A program made the position numbers and the translations under genes. The notes below the pieces were generated by a model. That model was not told where the DNA came from. It ran no database searches and saw only the letters and a program-made list of their open reading frames with translations. Of a stretch of DNA of 64,000 nucleotides, positions 51,152 to 60,639 are shown piece by piece. This stretch comes from Lachnospiraceae bacterium (GTDB lineage: Bacteria > Bacillota > Clostridia > Lachnospirales > Lachnospiraceae), in NCBI GenBank assembly GCA_029008875.1, contig JAQXJP010000003.1:6710-70709 (forward strand), in the 5' to 3' direction. The stretch's first letter is position 1. Every line of letters begins with the position of its first letter.

Positions 51152-53269
51152 TTGGCTGGAAGAGAATATCCACTTGAGAGAACCAGAAATATCGGAATTA
51201 TGGCTCATATCGATGCCGGTAAGACCACATTGACCGAGCGTATTCTGTATTACACTGGTGTAAATTATAAAATCGGTGATACTCATGAAGGTACTGCAAC
51301 CATGGACTGGATGGAGCAGGAACAGGAAAGAGGTATTACCATTACTTCAGCCGCTACAACCTGTCATTGGACTCTTGAAAAAGAGACAAAGCCGATGCCG
51401 GGAGCACTTGAGCATCGTATCAATATTATCGATACTCCTGGACACGTAGACTTTACGGTTGAGGTTGAGCGTTCCCTTCGTGTATTGGACGGCGCCGTTG
51501 GTGTCTTCTGTGCAAAGGGTGGTGTTGAGCCTCAGTCAGAGAACGTATGGCGTCAGGCTGACACTTATAATGTACCTCGTATGGCATTCATCAATAAGAT
51601 GGATATCTTAGGTGCAAACTTCTACGGAGCTGTTGAGCAGATTCGTACCAGATTAGGAAAAAATGCAATCGTTCTTCAGTTGCCAATCGGTAAGGAAGAC
51701 GATTTCAAGGGAATCATCGACTTGTTCGAGATGAAGGCATATATCTACAATGATGATAAGGGTGATGACATCACCGTTACTGATGATCTTGGAGATATGG
51801 CTGATCAGGCAGCAGAGTATCGCAACGAGCTGATTGAGAAAATCTGCGAGTTGGATGATGACCTGATGATGATGTACCTTGAAGGAGAAGAGCCCACCGT
51901 TGACCAGATGAAGGCAGTTCTTCGTAAGGCAACTTGCGAATGTACCGCAGTTCCTGTATGTTGCGGTTCCGCATATCGTAACAAGGGTGTTCAGAAGCTT
52001 CTGGATGCAATCCTTGAGTATATGCCGGCTCCTACAGACATCCCTGCTATCAAGGGTGTTGACCTTGAAGGAAACGAAGTTGAGAAGCACTCATCCGATG
52101 ATGAGCCATTCGCAGCTTTGGCATTCAAGATTATGACAGATCCATTTGTAGGTAAGCTTGCTTACTTCCGTGTATATTCAGGTACATGTAAGTCTGGATC
52201 ATATGTATTAAACGCAACAAAGGATAAGAAGGAGCGTGTTGGACGTATCCTTCAGATGCATGCAAACAAGAGAGCGGAGTTAGACATTGTTTACTCCGGA
52301 GATATCGCGGCAGCAGTTGGATTTAAGTTCACTACTACCGGTGATACCATCTGTGATGATCAGCATCCGGTTATCCTTGAGTCCATGGAATTCCCGGAGC
52401 CGGTTATCGAGCTTGCAATTGAGCCGAAGACAAAAGCCGGTCAGGGTAAGATGGGTGAGGCTCTTGCCAAGTTGGCAGAAGAGGATCCTACATTCCGTGC
52501 TCACACTGACCAGGAAACAGGTCAGACAATTATCGCAGGTATGGGTGAGCTTCACTTGGAGATTATCGTAGACCGTCTTCTCCGTGAGTTCAAGGTAGAG
52601 GCAAACGTTGGTGCTCCTCAGGTAGCATACAAAGAGACCTTTACAAAGCCTGTTGATCAGGAATACAAATATGCAAAGCAGTCCGGTGGACGTGGACAGT
52701 ACGGACACTGTAAAGTACGTTTCGAGCCGATGGATGCCAACGGTGACGAACTCTTCAAGTTCGACAGCGAGGTTGTCGGTGGTGCAATTCCGAAGGAATA
52801 CATCCCGGCAGTTGGCGAGGGTATCGAGGAAGCTACTAAGGCCGGATCCCTTGGCGGATTCCCTGTAGTAGGCGTGCATGCGACTGTATACGATGGATCA
52901 TACCATGAGGTAGACTCTTCTGAAATGGCATTCCACATTGCAGGATCTATGTGTTTCAAAGAGGCTATGCAGAAGGCTGCTCCGGTATTGCTTGAGCCGA
53001 TTATGAAGGTTGAGGTTACCATGCCGGAAGAATACATGGGTGATGTTATCGGTGATATCAACTCACGTCGTGGACGTATCGAGGGTATGGATGACCTCGG
53101 CGGCGGCAAGATCGTTCGTGGATATGTTCCGCTTGCAGAGATGTTTGGATACTCTACAGACCTTCGTTCCAAGACTCAGGGTCGTGGTAACTACTCAATG
53201 TTCTTCGAGAAGTATGAGCCGGTTCCAAAGAACGTACAGGAGAAGGTTCTTTCTTCAAGAGAGAAATAA
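51152..53269 (+). CDS. fusA: Elongation factor G
   Basis: [26 protein letters not shown]. Confidence 0.99.
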   Translation: MAGREYPLERTRNIGIMAHIDAGKTTLTERILYYTGVNYKIGDTHEGTATMDWMEQEQERGITITSAATTCHWTLEKETKPMPGALEHRINIIDTPGHVDFTVEVERSLRVLDGAVGVFCAKGGVEPQSENVWRQADTYNVPRMAFINKMDILGANFYGAVEQIRTRLGKNAIVLQLPIGKEDDFKGIIDLFEMKAYIYNDDKGDDITVTDDLGDMADQAAEYRNELIEKICELDDDLMMMYLEGEEPTVDQMKAVLRKATCECTAVPVCCGSAYRNKGVQKLLDAILEYMPAPTDIPAIKGVDLEGNEVEKHSSDDEPFAALAFKIMTDPFVGKLAYFRVYSGTCKSGSYVLNATKDKKERVGRILQMHANKRAELDIVYSGDIAAAVGFKFTTTGDTICDDQHPVILESMEFPEPVIELAIEPKTKAGQGKMGEALAKLAEEDPTFRAHTDQETGQTIIAGMGELHLEIIVDRLLREFKVEANVGAPQVAYKETFTKPVDQEYKYAKQSGGRGQYGHCKVRFEPMDANGDELFKFDSEVVGGAIPKEYIPAVGEGIEEATKAGSLGGFPVVGVHATVYDGSYHEVDSSEMAFHIAGSMCFKEAMQKAAPVLLEPIMKVEVTMPEEYMGDVIGDINSRRGRIEGMDDLGGGKIVRGYVPLAEMFGYSTDLRSKTQGRGNYSMFFEKYEPVPKNVQEKVLSSREK

Positions 53270-53289
53270 TTTAAGAACTCAAATATAAC

Positions 53290-53318
53290 TTGAAACTGCG
53301 GCGGTTATTTTGTATAAT
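53290..53318 (+). promoter_or_regulatory. Internal SigA promoter of tuf
   Basis: TTGAAA, N17, TATAAT. Confidence 0.7.
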
Positions 53319-53393
53319 CAAAGCAGTGTCGGGTTATTAAAACCAAAACAAATCAAGCCCAAAGGGCAAAAAATTTAAGGAGGACGTTTCAAA

Positions 53394-54581
53394 ATGGCAA
53401 AGGCTAAATTTGAAAGAACAAAAGCACATTGTAATATTGGTACCATCGGTCACGTAGATCATGGTAAAACTACTCTTACAGCTGCAATCACAAAGGTATT
53501 GGCTGAGAGAGTTGCTGGTAACGAGAAGGTAGACTTCGAGAACATCGATAAGGCTCCGGAAGAGAGAGAGCGTGGTATTACCATTTCTACCGCTCACGTT
53601 GAGTACCAGACAGAGAAGAGACATTACGCACACGTTGACTGCCCGGGACATGCTGACTACGTTAAGAACATGATCACCGGTGCTGCTCAGATGGATGGTG
53701 CTATCCTCGTAGTAGCTGCTACTGACGGTGTTATGGCTCAGACAAAGGAGCACATCCTTCTGTCTCGTCAGGTAGGTGTACCTTACATCGTTGTATTCAT
53801 GAACAAGTGTGATATGGTTGATGATCCGGAACTTCTTGAGTTAGTAGAGATGGAAATCACCGAGCAGTTGGAAGAGTACGATTTCACCGGATGCCCGATC
53901 ATCCAGGGTTCTGCTCTTAAGGCTCTTGAGGATCCGATGGGACCTTGGGGAGACAAGATCATGGAGCTTATGGATACCGTTGATTCTTATATCCCGGATC
54001 CTCAGCGTGATACAGATAAGCCTTTCCTTATGCCTGTAGAGGACGTATTCACTATTACCGGACGTGGTACTGTAGCAACCGGTAGAGTAGAGCGTGGTAC
54101 CCTTCACTTGAATGAGGAACTTGAGATCGTTGGTATCAAGGAAGAGACTCAGAAGACCGTTGTAACCGGTATCGAGATGTTCCGTAAGATGCTTGACGAG
54201 GCTCAGGCTGGTGATAACATCGGAGCACTTCTTCGTGGTATCAACCGTGACCAGATCGTTCGTGGACAGATCCTTGCTAAGCCGGGAACAGTTACCTGCC
54301 ACACCAAGTTTACTGCTCAGGTTTACGTATTGACCAAGGACGAAGGTGGACGTCATACTCCATTCTTCAACAACTATCGTCCTCAGTTCTACTTCAGAAC
54401 AACAGACGTTACCGGTGTATGTAACTTACCGGCTGGTACTGAGATGTGCATGCCTGGCGATAACATCGAGATGACCATCGAGCTCATCCATCCGATCGCT
54501 ATGGAGCAGGGTCTTACATTCGCTATCCGTGAGGGTGGACGTACTGTAGGTTCAGGCCGTGTAGCTCAGATCATCGAGTAA
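53394..54581 (+). CDS. tuf: Elongation factor Tu
   Basis: [31 protein letters not shown]. Confidence 0.99.
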   Translation: MAKAKFERTKAHCNIGTIGHVDHGKTTLTAAITKVLAERVAGNEKVDFENIDKAPEERERGITISTAHVEYQTEKRHYAHVDCPGHADYVKNMITGAAQMDGAILVVAATDGVMAQTKEHILLSRQVGVPYIVVFMNKCDMVDDPELLELVEMEITEQLEEYDFTGCPIIQGSALKALEDPMGPWGDKIMELMDTVDSYIPDPQRDTDKPFLMPVEDVFTITGRGTVATGRVERGTLHLNEELEIVGIKEETQKTVVTGIEMFRKMLDEAQAGDNIGALLRGINRDQIVRGQILAKPGTVTCHTKFTAQVYVLTKDEGGRHTPFFNNYRPQFYFRTTDVTGVCNLPAGTEMCMPGDNIEMTIELIHPIAMEQGLTFAIREGGRTVGSGRVAQIIE

Positions 54582-54582
54582 T
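54528..54582 (+). repeat. Left attachment-site copy (tuf 3' end)
   Basis: CGTGAGGGTGGACGTACTGTAGGTTCAGGCCGTGTAGCTCAGATCATCGAGTAAT. Confidence 0.9.
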
Positions 54583-54615
54583 TTCAATTGATAGTGTCAC
54601 AAAGCTAGTAAAATC

Positions 54616-54652
54616 AAGGCTTTCCGTGTTTTAACACGGGGAGCCTTTTTTT
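54616..54652 (+). terminator. Terminator after tuf (element-supplied)
   Basis: AAGGCTTTCCGTGTT / AACACGGGGAGCCTT plus T run. Confidence 0.8.
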
Positions 54653-54679
54653 CGTTTGTACGTAAAAAATTTTGATTAG

Positions 54680-54698
54680 TGGCTCCAAAATGGCTCCA
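54680..54698 (+). repeat. Subterminal arm-type repeat, left
   Basis: TGGCTCCAAAATGGCTCCA (TGGCTCCA twice, 11-bp period); identical copy at 59824. Confidence 0.8.
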
Positions 54699-54872
54699 TG
54701 ATACGTGGTGATACTCGTGTTCGTCAATCTTGAATAGGTCGAACAATTAGCAATACTTAAATTTTATTGACAGAATGATGGATCAAGGGGACCTCGTTGA
54801 GTGGTTCCTTTTTTCGTCATACAGTACTATAATAGATTTGTTTAGAAAATAGGAATATTATGAATAGTTGAA

Positions 54873-54921
54873 AGGGACTGTTGCAAAAGTAGCTAATTGC
54901 GCTGCTTATACAACAGTCCCT
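54873..54921. repeat. 11-bp perfect inverted repeat
   Basis: AGGGACTGTTG ... CAACAGTCCCT. Confidence 0.7.
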
Positions 54922-55250
54922 CTTAATATTAGTATAGACCATTATATTTTGGAAGTGGATATTTTTTCATACTCTTTACACCGTGCAAGAAAAGCTTTGG
55001 CAGATGAGGTTAAGTGCAGGCGTGACGACAGGTATGCGTAATTTGCATATAACCGGGCTGCAGTATCGAAAATGGAAGCGCTTAAGTACTTGCTGAGTAT
55101 GAGTTTCACGAAGATTAATAAAGAACTAAATTTATGAAAAATAATATTGTTGAAACTTTTTATCCTAATACTTCATCAAACAATATGAGGATAGAAATTG
55201 TATGCGATTTTGTTTGGATAAAATAGAACCTATGACATAGGGTATCACAT

Positions 55251-55973
55251 ATGAAAGGAGAAAGCACGGAGTACATGAGTAAGAATATTGCAGTATTTAA
55301 TAATACCACAGGCGTAGCAGAAAGTATGAAATCTTTGTTTGCGGGAGAGGGATTGAGTATGATAAAGGCTGCCTCGCTGAATGAACTATTATTGCTGATA
55401 AAACACGACAATATCCACTTGATTCTTATGGATTTGGAATTAGAAGGAGGTGGCTTGGGGTATGGTATAGAAATAATTCAACTTATTAGGAGGTGTACTG
55501 TTATTCCCGTAATAGTGATATCAGCACAGACTGCAGAAACTGCTAAAATTATGTCATTGAATGTAGGGGCAGATGATTATGTAACAGCTTATGACAGTCC
55601 ATTGGTTTTATTGGCAAGAGTAAAAGCGCAGTTGCGTAGATATATAGAATTAAATACTCTTTTTGAAAGTTTTGGGAATATATATAGAATAGGTGATTTA
55701 GTATTAGATGATAATATCCATGCTGTAATGGTTGGGGGCAAAAATGTTAAAATGACACCTATAGAATATAAAATACTACGTCTGCTGATACAGGAGCAAG
55801 GAAAAGTTTTGACCATTAATGAGATATATGAAAGGATTTGGCAAATGCAAGCACTTGATGCTAAGAATATTATTGCGGTACATATTCGTCATGTTCGTGA
55901 AAAGATAGAAAAAAATCCCAAGGAACCTAAATATATAACTGTAGTTCGTGGCTTAGGATATAAAGTTGGATAA
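55251..55973 (+). CDS. OmpR-family response regulator, orphan and atypical
   Basis: LILMDL, GADDYV, winged helix MTPIEYKILRLL...IAVHIRHVREKIE...VRGLGYK; no kinase nearby. Confidence 0.88.
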   Translation: MKGESTEYMSKNIAVFNNTTGVAESMKSLFAGEGLSMIKAASLNELLLLIKHDNIHLILMDLELEGGGLGYGIEIIQLIRRCTVIPVIVISAQTAETAKIMSLNVGADDYVTAYDSPLVLLARVKAQLRRYIELNTLFESFGNIYRIGDLVLDDNIHAVMVGGKNVKMTPIEYKILRLLIQEQGKVLTINEIYERIWQMQALDAKNIIAVHIRHVREKIEKNPKEPKYITVVRGLGYKVG

Positions 55974-56079
55974 TGAAGGAGAGAGATGCTGTCAGAATGT
56001 GAAAGGAAATGCTGGTGACATTGTTGCCATGATGCTTTTATGATATGATAGAAAAAAGGACAAATGACGGGGTGATGAC

Positions 56080-56583
56080 GTGCAGGTTTTAGGATTTATG
56101 AAGAAAAAGAGTAATGAAGAAATCGTGGAGGAAGTAATATTGGAACAATATAAGCAGTATTATCGATTGGCATATAGCTATGTTCATAATGACGCTGATG
56201 CTGAAGATATTGTGCAAAACGGTGCATATAAAGCCTTGCGTAGTAGCAATACATTACGAAATCCTGAATATGCAAAGAATTGGGTATATCGTATTATGTT
56301 AAATGAGATATTTAACTTTTTACGACAGCCCAAAGCGGTGTCATACGAATATATGCAGGAAGAAATGGGGATGGAGGCAGAACATGTTGAAGACACATAC
56401 ACAGATATTGATTTGCAGACAGCTTTGGATTCTCTTCCGGAACAGGACAAGGCAATTATAGTGATGAAATTTTTGGAGGACAAAAAACTGGAAGAGATAG
56501 CGGATATCCTCAATGAAAATATAAATACGATAAAAAGCCGTTTATATCGCAGTATGAAAAAGCTTCGTATCAGATTAGAATAG
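56080..56583 (+). CDS. ECF RNA polymerase sigma factor (SigV-like)
   Basis: YRLAYSYV...DAEDIVQ, WVYRIMLNE, EIADIL...TIKSRLYR. Confidence 0.9.
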   Translation: MQVLGFMKKKSNEEIVEEVILEQYKQYYRLAYSYVHNDADAEDIVQNGAYKALRSSNTLRNPEYAKNWVYRIMLNEIFNFLRQPKAVSYEYMQEEMGMEAEHVEDTYTDIDLQTALDSLPEQDKAIIVMKFLEDKKLEEIADILNENINTIKSRLYRSMKKLRIRLE

Positions 56584-56602
56584 GCGAAATGGAGAAAAAA
56601 TT

Positions 56603-57535
56603 ATGAAAGATAACATTATTAATTTTGAACAGCAATGTGAACAGTCGAAGAAGGGCTTACACTCCTTGCAGAAAGAATATATGCAACCAACGATGTCTGA
56701 AGAACAGCTAAGCAGGCTGAAAATGAAAATGGAAGAGGCAAAATGCGAAAATCGTAAAGAAAGAAGAAATGCACGTATTACAAGAATTGCTGCAACAGCG
56801 GCAGCATTGGTAATTGCATTTATAACTTTGCCAAATCTGTCCCCTACCATTGCATATGCTATGGAACAGATGCCGATTCTTGGCCGTTTTGTAAAGGTTG
56901 TAACCTTCCGTAATTATGAGTATGAGGATGAACAGCATAAGGCAGAGTTGGATATTCCTGAAATTGTGATAGATGATCAGCTTCAGGATGAACGGATCCG
57001 AAGTGTATTGGAGGATACAACGAATGAAATGAATTCTGAAATTCAGAAGCTTTCCAATGAATTATTGGATGAATTTGTAAGTTATATGCAGGATGAGTTG
57101 GGATATAAGGAGCTTATTGTTAAGAGTGAAGTTGTGACAACTACGCAGGAGTATTTTACCTTAAAACTGTCTTGTTACCAAAGTGAGGCAAGCGGATATG
57201 AATGGGCTTATTTTTATACCATTGATTTGACTTCCGGTAAGCGATTACAGTTAAAAGATATATTTGCGGAAGGTGTGGATTACATTACTCCCATCAGTGA
57301 AAATATTAAAGAACAGATGCGGAGTCAGATGGAAAAAGATGAAAACATTTTATATTGGTTAGATGATGAAATGGAGGAAATGAATTTTCAGGCTATTACG
57401 GAAGAAACGGATTTTTATATTAACCAAAATAATGATGTGGTAATCTGTTTTAATGAAGGGGACGTGGCTCCTATGTATATGGGAATGATTGAATTTGAAA
57501 TTCCGGCAGAAGTTTTAAAGGAGATCAGAAAATAA
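56603..57535 (+). CDS. RsiV-like anti-sigma factor (DUF4163/DUF3298 type)
   Basis: One TM helix then PNLSPTIAYAMEQMPILG (signal-peptidase-type AxA site), YTIDLTSGKRLQLKDIF, FNEGDVAPMYMG. Confidence 0.82.
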   Translation: MKDNIINFEQQCEQSKKGLHSLQKEYMQPTMSEEQLSRLKMKMEEAKCENRKERRNARITRIAATAAALVIAFITLPNLSPTIAYAMEQMPILGRFVKVVTFRNYEYEDEQHKAELDIPEIVIDDQLQDERIRSVLEDTTNEMNSEIQKLSNELLDEFVSYMQDELGYKELIVKSEVVTTTQEYFTLKLSCYQSEASGYEWAYFYTIDLTSGKRLQLKDIFAEGVDYITPISENIKEQMRSQMEKDENILYWLDDEMEEMNFQAITEETDFYINQNNDVVICFNEGDVAPMYMGMIEFEIPAEVLKEIRK

Positions 57536-57636
57536 TTTGGGGATGAAACGAAAGGCTTTCCGGCGATGGAGAGCTTTTTTGTTTTTAAATATTTTGGTGT
57601 TGAAGTTACATAGAGTAGATAAATATAGTATTTACT

Positions 57637-57665
57637 TGAAACAATTTTATGAGTTGGTACGTCTA
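57637..57665 (+). promoter_or_regulatory. ECF-sigma-type promoter of the lipoprotein gene
   Basis: TGAAAC (57637-42), N17, CGTC (57660-63); matches the SigV/SigW/SigM-type consensus. Confidence 0.6.
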
Positions 57666-57712
57666 AAGGATATAAGAAAATAGGGAAAGCAGTTCCCGGA
57701 AAGAGGTAAGGA

Positions 57713-58105
57713 ATGAGTAAAAAAATATTAATGATGTTAGCTGTTTTAACTGTATGTGCAGGTGTTATGGTTGGATGTTCGAAAGGAAACGGAAAAGAGG
57801 ATGCCAAAACTCCTGTGAGCATAATGCAGAGTGAAGTTATGGAGGAGGAACCGATGCCGCCAGAGAGTGATAAGAATAGTGTAGATGAAGATGTGTCGGA
57901 AGTAATAGGAAAAGTAGACGAAATAAAAGACTTTATGTTTATCATAACGGATGATGATAAGGTTAGTTATGCATTTACTTTTGAAGAGAAGCCGGAAGGT
58001 CTGGATAAGATTGCTGTAGGAGATACAGTACTTGTAACTTATACAGGTACGATATCAGAGGTTGATCCTTTTATGGGGAAGATTCTGTCGGTTGAGAAAA
58101 AGTAA
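57713..58105 (+). CDS. Small lipoprotein, OB-fold-like
   Basis: Signal peptide with lipobox VMVGC; beta-rich C-terminus IAVGDTVLVTYTG. Confidence 0.75.
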   Translation: MSKKILMMLAVLTVCAGVMVGCSKGNGKEDAKTPVSIMQSEVMEEEPMPPESDKNSVDEDVSEVIGKVDEIKDFMFIITDDDKVSYAFTFEEKPEGLDKIAVGDTVLVTYTGTISEVDPFMGKILSVEKK

Positions 58106-58131
58106 GGAAGTTTTAAAAGCGGATAAGATAC

Positions 58132-58233
58132 TTCTTCAGCCTTGTTACAATCGATTCTGAGAAGGTATCCGTTATAATGGTAGATAGCAATGCTGTTGGT
58201 TTGAGGATTGTATTCTGCGTGTACGATTTTCAT
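58132..58233 (-). pseudogene. 3'-truncated DUF6061-like gene fragment
   Basis: MKIVHAEYNPQTNSIAI...GYLLRIDCNKAEE after a GAAAGGA RBS; resembles small genes of Lachnospiraceae mobile elements; the frame then runs antisense into the lipoprotein gene. Confidence 0.5.
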
Positions 58234-58458
58234 GATTGTTATCCTTTCGTTTTTGTTTTAGAGGTAAAAGTCCATGGGCTCATTTTGGACTTGATAATTT
58301 TTTGAAATAAATGTAATAGTCACAAAATGTGATAGTTTTTGCAATGAAAAGCAATATAAAATATTTAAAATAACACAGTTTGTGATATGTTTGGTTGTGT
58401 TGCTACTATCATTGAATAATCCCGTAAATTCAGGCTTTTTAAGCATTTGAATGAGGAT

Positions 58459-58521
58459 TTTGCAACAAAATTGCAAGGCATAATGCTGAATAATGCATGA
58501 TAATGCAAGTTTCAGTAATGC
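58459..58521 (+). repeat. Short phased direct repeats
   Basis: TTGCAA twice at an 11-bp period, then TAATGC at 58481, 58491, 58501 and 58516. Confidence 0.65.
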
Positions 58522-58599
58522 AGCGAATCCAATTTAATAAGATTTTGCATCTAAGGACATTATCCAAGTGAAAACAAGGAAAGTGTCCTTTTTTGTGTT

Positions 58600-58851
58600 G
58601 TGGTCAAAAATTACAGGAAGAATACGATTGCAGAGCTGAAGAATACGATTATCGATCTGAAAGGAAAGTTGGCTGCGGTCACACAGGAACTGGCAGGATA
58701 TAAGTCTGTTCGAAATCAGCTTTATGTATCAGAATTGGAGCAGGAGAATGACTATCTGAGAGGGAAACTTGAGAAGTACAATGCCGTGATTGAGAAGAAT
58801 GATTTGAGGAGATATTTCCGGAAGCCGGCGGAACGAGATAGAGGCAGATAA
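58600..58851 (+). pseudogene. C-terminal coiled-coil fragment resembling MobV/Pre relaxase tails
   Basis: YKSVRNQL...LEQENDYLRGKLEKY..VIEKNDL..YF; no relaxase catalytic domain upstream. Confidence 0.45.
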
Positions 58852-58988
58852 TTATGCTATAAGTGGTAGGGTTCATTAAGATGTAGAGGACGTCACAACC
58901 TATATTAGTGTCGTCCTCCTTATTAATTTCCATTTTTATGGTAATATATATCTGTTAGCTAAATTGAATTTGACGAGGAGGAACAGCA

Positions 58989-59729
58989 TTGATGAATAAT
59001 ATATTAAAAATCGAAACAACATCGTTTTCCTTGCATATCATGGCTATGATATTTATGTTGTGCGACCATTTGTGGGGTACAATTATCAATGGAAATGACT
59101 GGTTGACTTGTATCGGCAGATTAACTTTCCCAATCTATGCATTTATGATTGTTGAAGGGTATTTTCATACAAAAGACTTCAAAAAATATGTGAAACGATT
59201 ATTGCTGTTTGCTGTTGTTTCTGAGATTCCTTTTAACATTGCAATGGGAAGCAGTGTATTTTATCCCATCCATTAGAACGTTCTATGGACATTTCTAATT
59301 GCACTTGGCTTGATTCATTGGAATGAAAAAGTAAAAGAAAACAAACTTTGGAAGCGAATTATAATTGGTATCACAACACTTGCTGTTGCTTATATTGGTG
59401 GAATCATTACCTTTGTAGATTATTATAACGCTGGTATTCTTATGGTACTCACATTCTATTTTTTTAGAGGAAAAATGTGGTGGCATTATCTTGGGCAGTT
59501 GTTGTGTATGTGGTATATCAATATTGAATTGCTTGGTGGGTTTGGTTATGAGGTAGACCTATTCGGCACAACACAATTCATCACAAGGCAAGGATTTGCC
59601 CTGCTAGCATTGATACCGATATGGTTGTATAGAGGGAAGCAAGGATATCATAATAAGATACTGCAATATGGTTACTATGTGTTTTATCCGTTGCATTTGC
59701 TGATATTAGGTGTTCTTAAGTTTCTGTAA
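58989..59729 (+). pseudogene. traX: TraX-family membrane acyltransferase interrupted by one in-frame TAG
   Basis: MLCDH...IGRLTFPI...VEGYFHT...SEIPFN...H*NVLWTF...YNG-like tail FYPLHL; both ORF pieces are in the same frame; TAG at 59274-76. Confidence 0.8.
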
Positions 59730-59823
59730 ATTCCAATATGTCGAACAGATGATACTTTCAGTTTCATAAGAATTGTTATGACAAAAAGATGGACAAATAA
59801 CGATTGATGTGTTAGAGTCTAGA

Positions 59824-59842
59824 TGGCTCCAAAATGGCTCCA
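59824..59842 (+). repeat. Subterminal arm-type repeat, right
   Basis: TGGCTCCAAAATGGCTCCA, identical to 54680-54698. Confidence 0.8.
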
Positions 59843-59945
59843 ATAATTTTGGGAAATAAAAATACATAATGTATATAGTGCCTAAAAACAGCATAAAATC
59901 AATAAAAAACATGGTAGAAGATAGCGACAAAGCCAAAACCGGGAG

Positions 59946-60000
59946 CGTGAAGGTGGACGTACTGTAGGTTCAGGCCGTGTAGCTCAGATCATCGAGTAAT
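59946..60000 (+). repeat. Right attachment-site copy (displaced tuf 3' end)
   Basis: 54/55 identical to 54528-54582; the only difference is synonymous (GAA vs GAG, Glu). Confidence 0.9.
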
Positions 60001-60021
60001 CAAACATTATTCAGTAAATTT

Positions 60022-60054
60022 AAGGCTCCCAAGGTTTTCCTTGGGAGCCTTTTT
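60022..60054 (+). terminator. Terminator after the displaced tuf end (probably the native tuf terminator)
   Basis: Perfect 13-bp stem AAGGCTCCCAAGG / CCTTGGGAGCCTT plus T run. Confidence 0.85.
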
Positions 60055-60095
60055 ACGTGCAGGAATACATCTGCCATTTGATTCCCAATTTGTCA

Positions 60096-60115
60096 CAAAC
60101 GCACGCGTGCGTTTG
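60096..60115. repeat. 20-bp perfect palindrome upstream of a SigA-like promoter
   Basis: CAAACGCACGCGTGCGTTTG; TTGCAA-N17-TATGAT follows at 60121-60149. Confidence 0.8.
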
Positions 60116-60166
60116 AATTATTGCAAAAACACACGAAAAGCGATATGATATTTAGCATTTACAAAG

Positions 60167-60636
60167 ATGATTTCAAATGAAGAAAATCGATTGGGAAGAT
60201 CATTACCTATCAATTCGTTATTAGTTCTATCAGCACTGCAAAACCAGCGTAGATTGACGATTGCAGAAATTGCAGAAGTAACGAATATTGGAGAAATTCG
60301 CGCTAAAGCAGTAGTTGAAAAAATGGTTGAAACCGGTTTAGTGGATGCAAGCGGTAATAATAGGTCACGGTTTTATATACTTAGTTCCAAGGTATATAAG
60401 GAGCAGGATAACATCCTAGGATATGTTCGTCAGACGGGAATTGATGCAGTGAAATATGAAGCTTGGATTATGGAGTTGCTGCAAAAGCAAGGCGGAAAAG
60501 TGACAAGAGACAATGTTGTGGAATTATTAAATGTTACCCCACCACAAGCTTATCGTCTGTTGAAAAAATGTCTGATAAGGGCCGGATTAAGCTTGTTGGA
60601 AATGGACGAGCGGCACATTATGAATTGAATAAATAA
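60167..60636 (+). pseudogene. 5'-truncated, frameshifted C-terminal wHTH part of an ATP-binding transcription-regulator-like gene
   Basis: Two wHTH-like repeats (LTIAEIAEV...KMVETGLV..SG; VTRDNVVELL...AYRLLKK); adding one A to the A6 at 60563-68 gives the natural ending MSDKGRIKLVGNGRAAHYELNK*. Confidence 0.6.
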
Positions 60637-60639
60637 ACG

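Larger units (their letters stand above)
54528..60000. mobile_element. Integrated element/islet in the 3' end of tuf, no integrase visible
   Basis: 55-bp direct repeat (54528-54582 and 59946-60000, 1 mismatch), identical 19-bp subterminal repeats, accessory cargo and mobile-element relics inside. Confidence 0.85.

Noticed and set aside
54961-55140. Possible riboswitch, or ECF-sigma region-4 remnant (SLHRARKALADEVK)
   Set aside because: No match to riboswitch consensus patterns I know, and the peptide similarity is too short to support.
59274-59276. TAG readthrough (pyrrolysine or recoding) in traX
   Set aside because: TAG is used as a normal stop in this window (for example rpmG); a point mutation from a Gln codon is simpler.
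59760-59860. Possible integrase C-terminal tail (KKMD/QITIDVLESRWLQNGS) running into the right arm repeat
   Set aside because: Needs a frameshift and shows no catalytic H/R/Y motif; too weak to call without a profile search.
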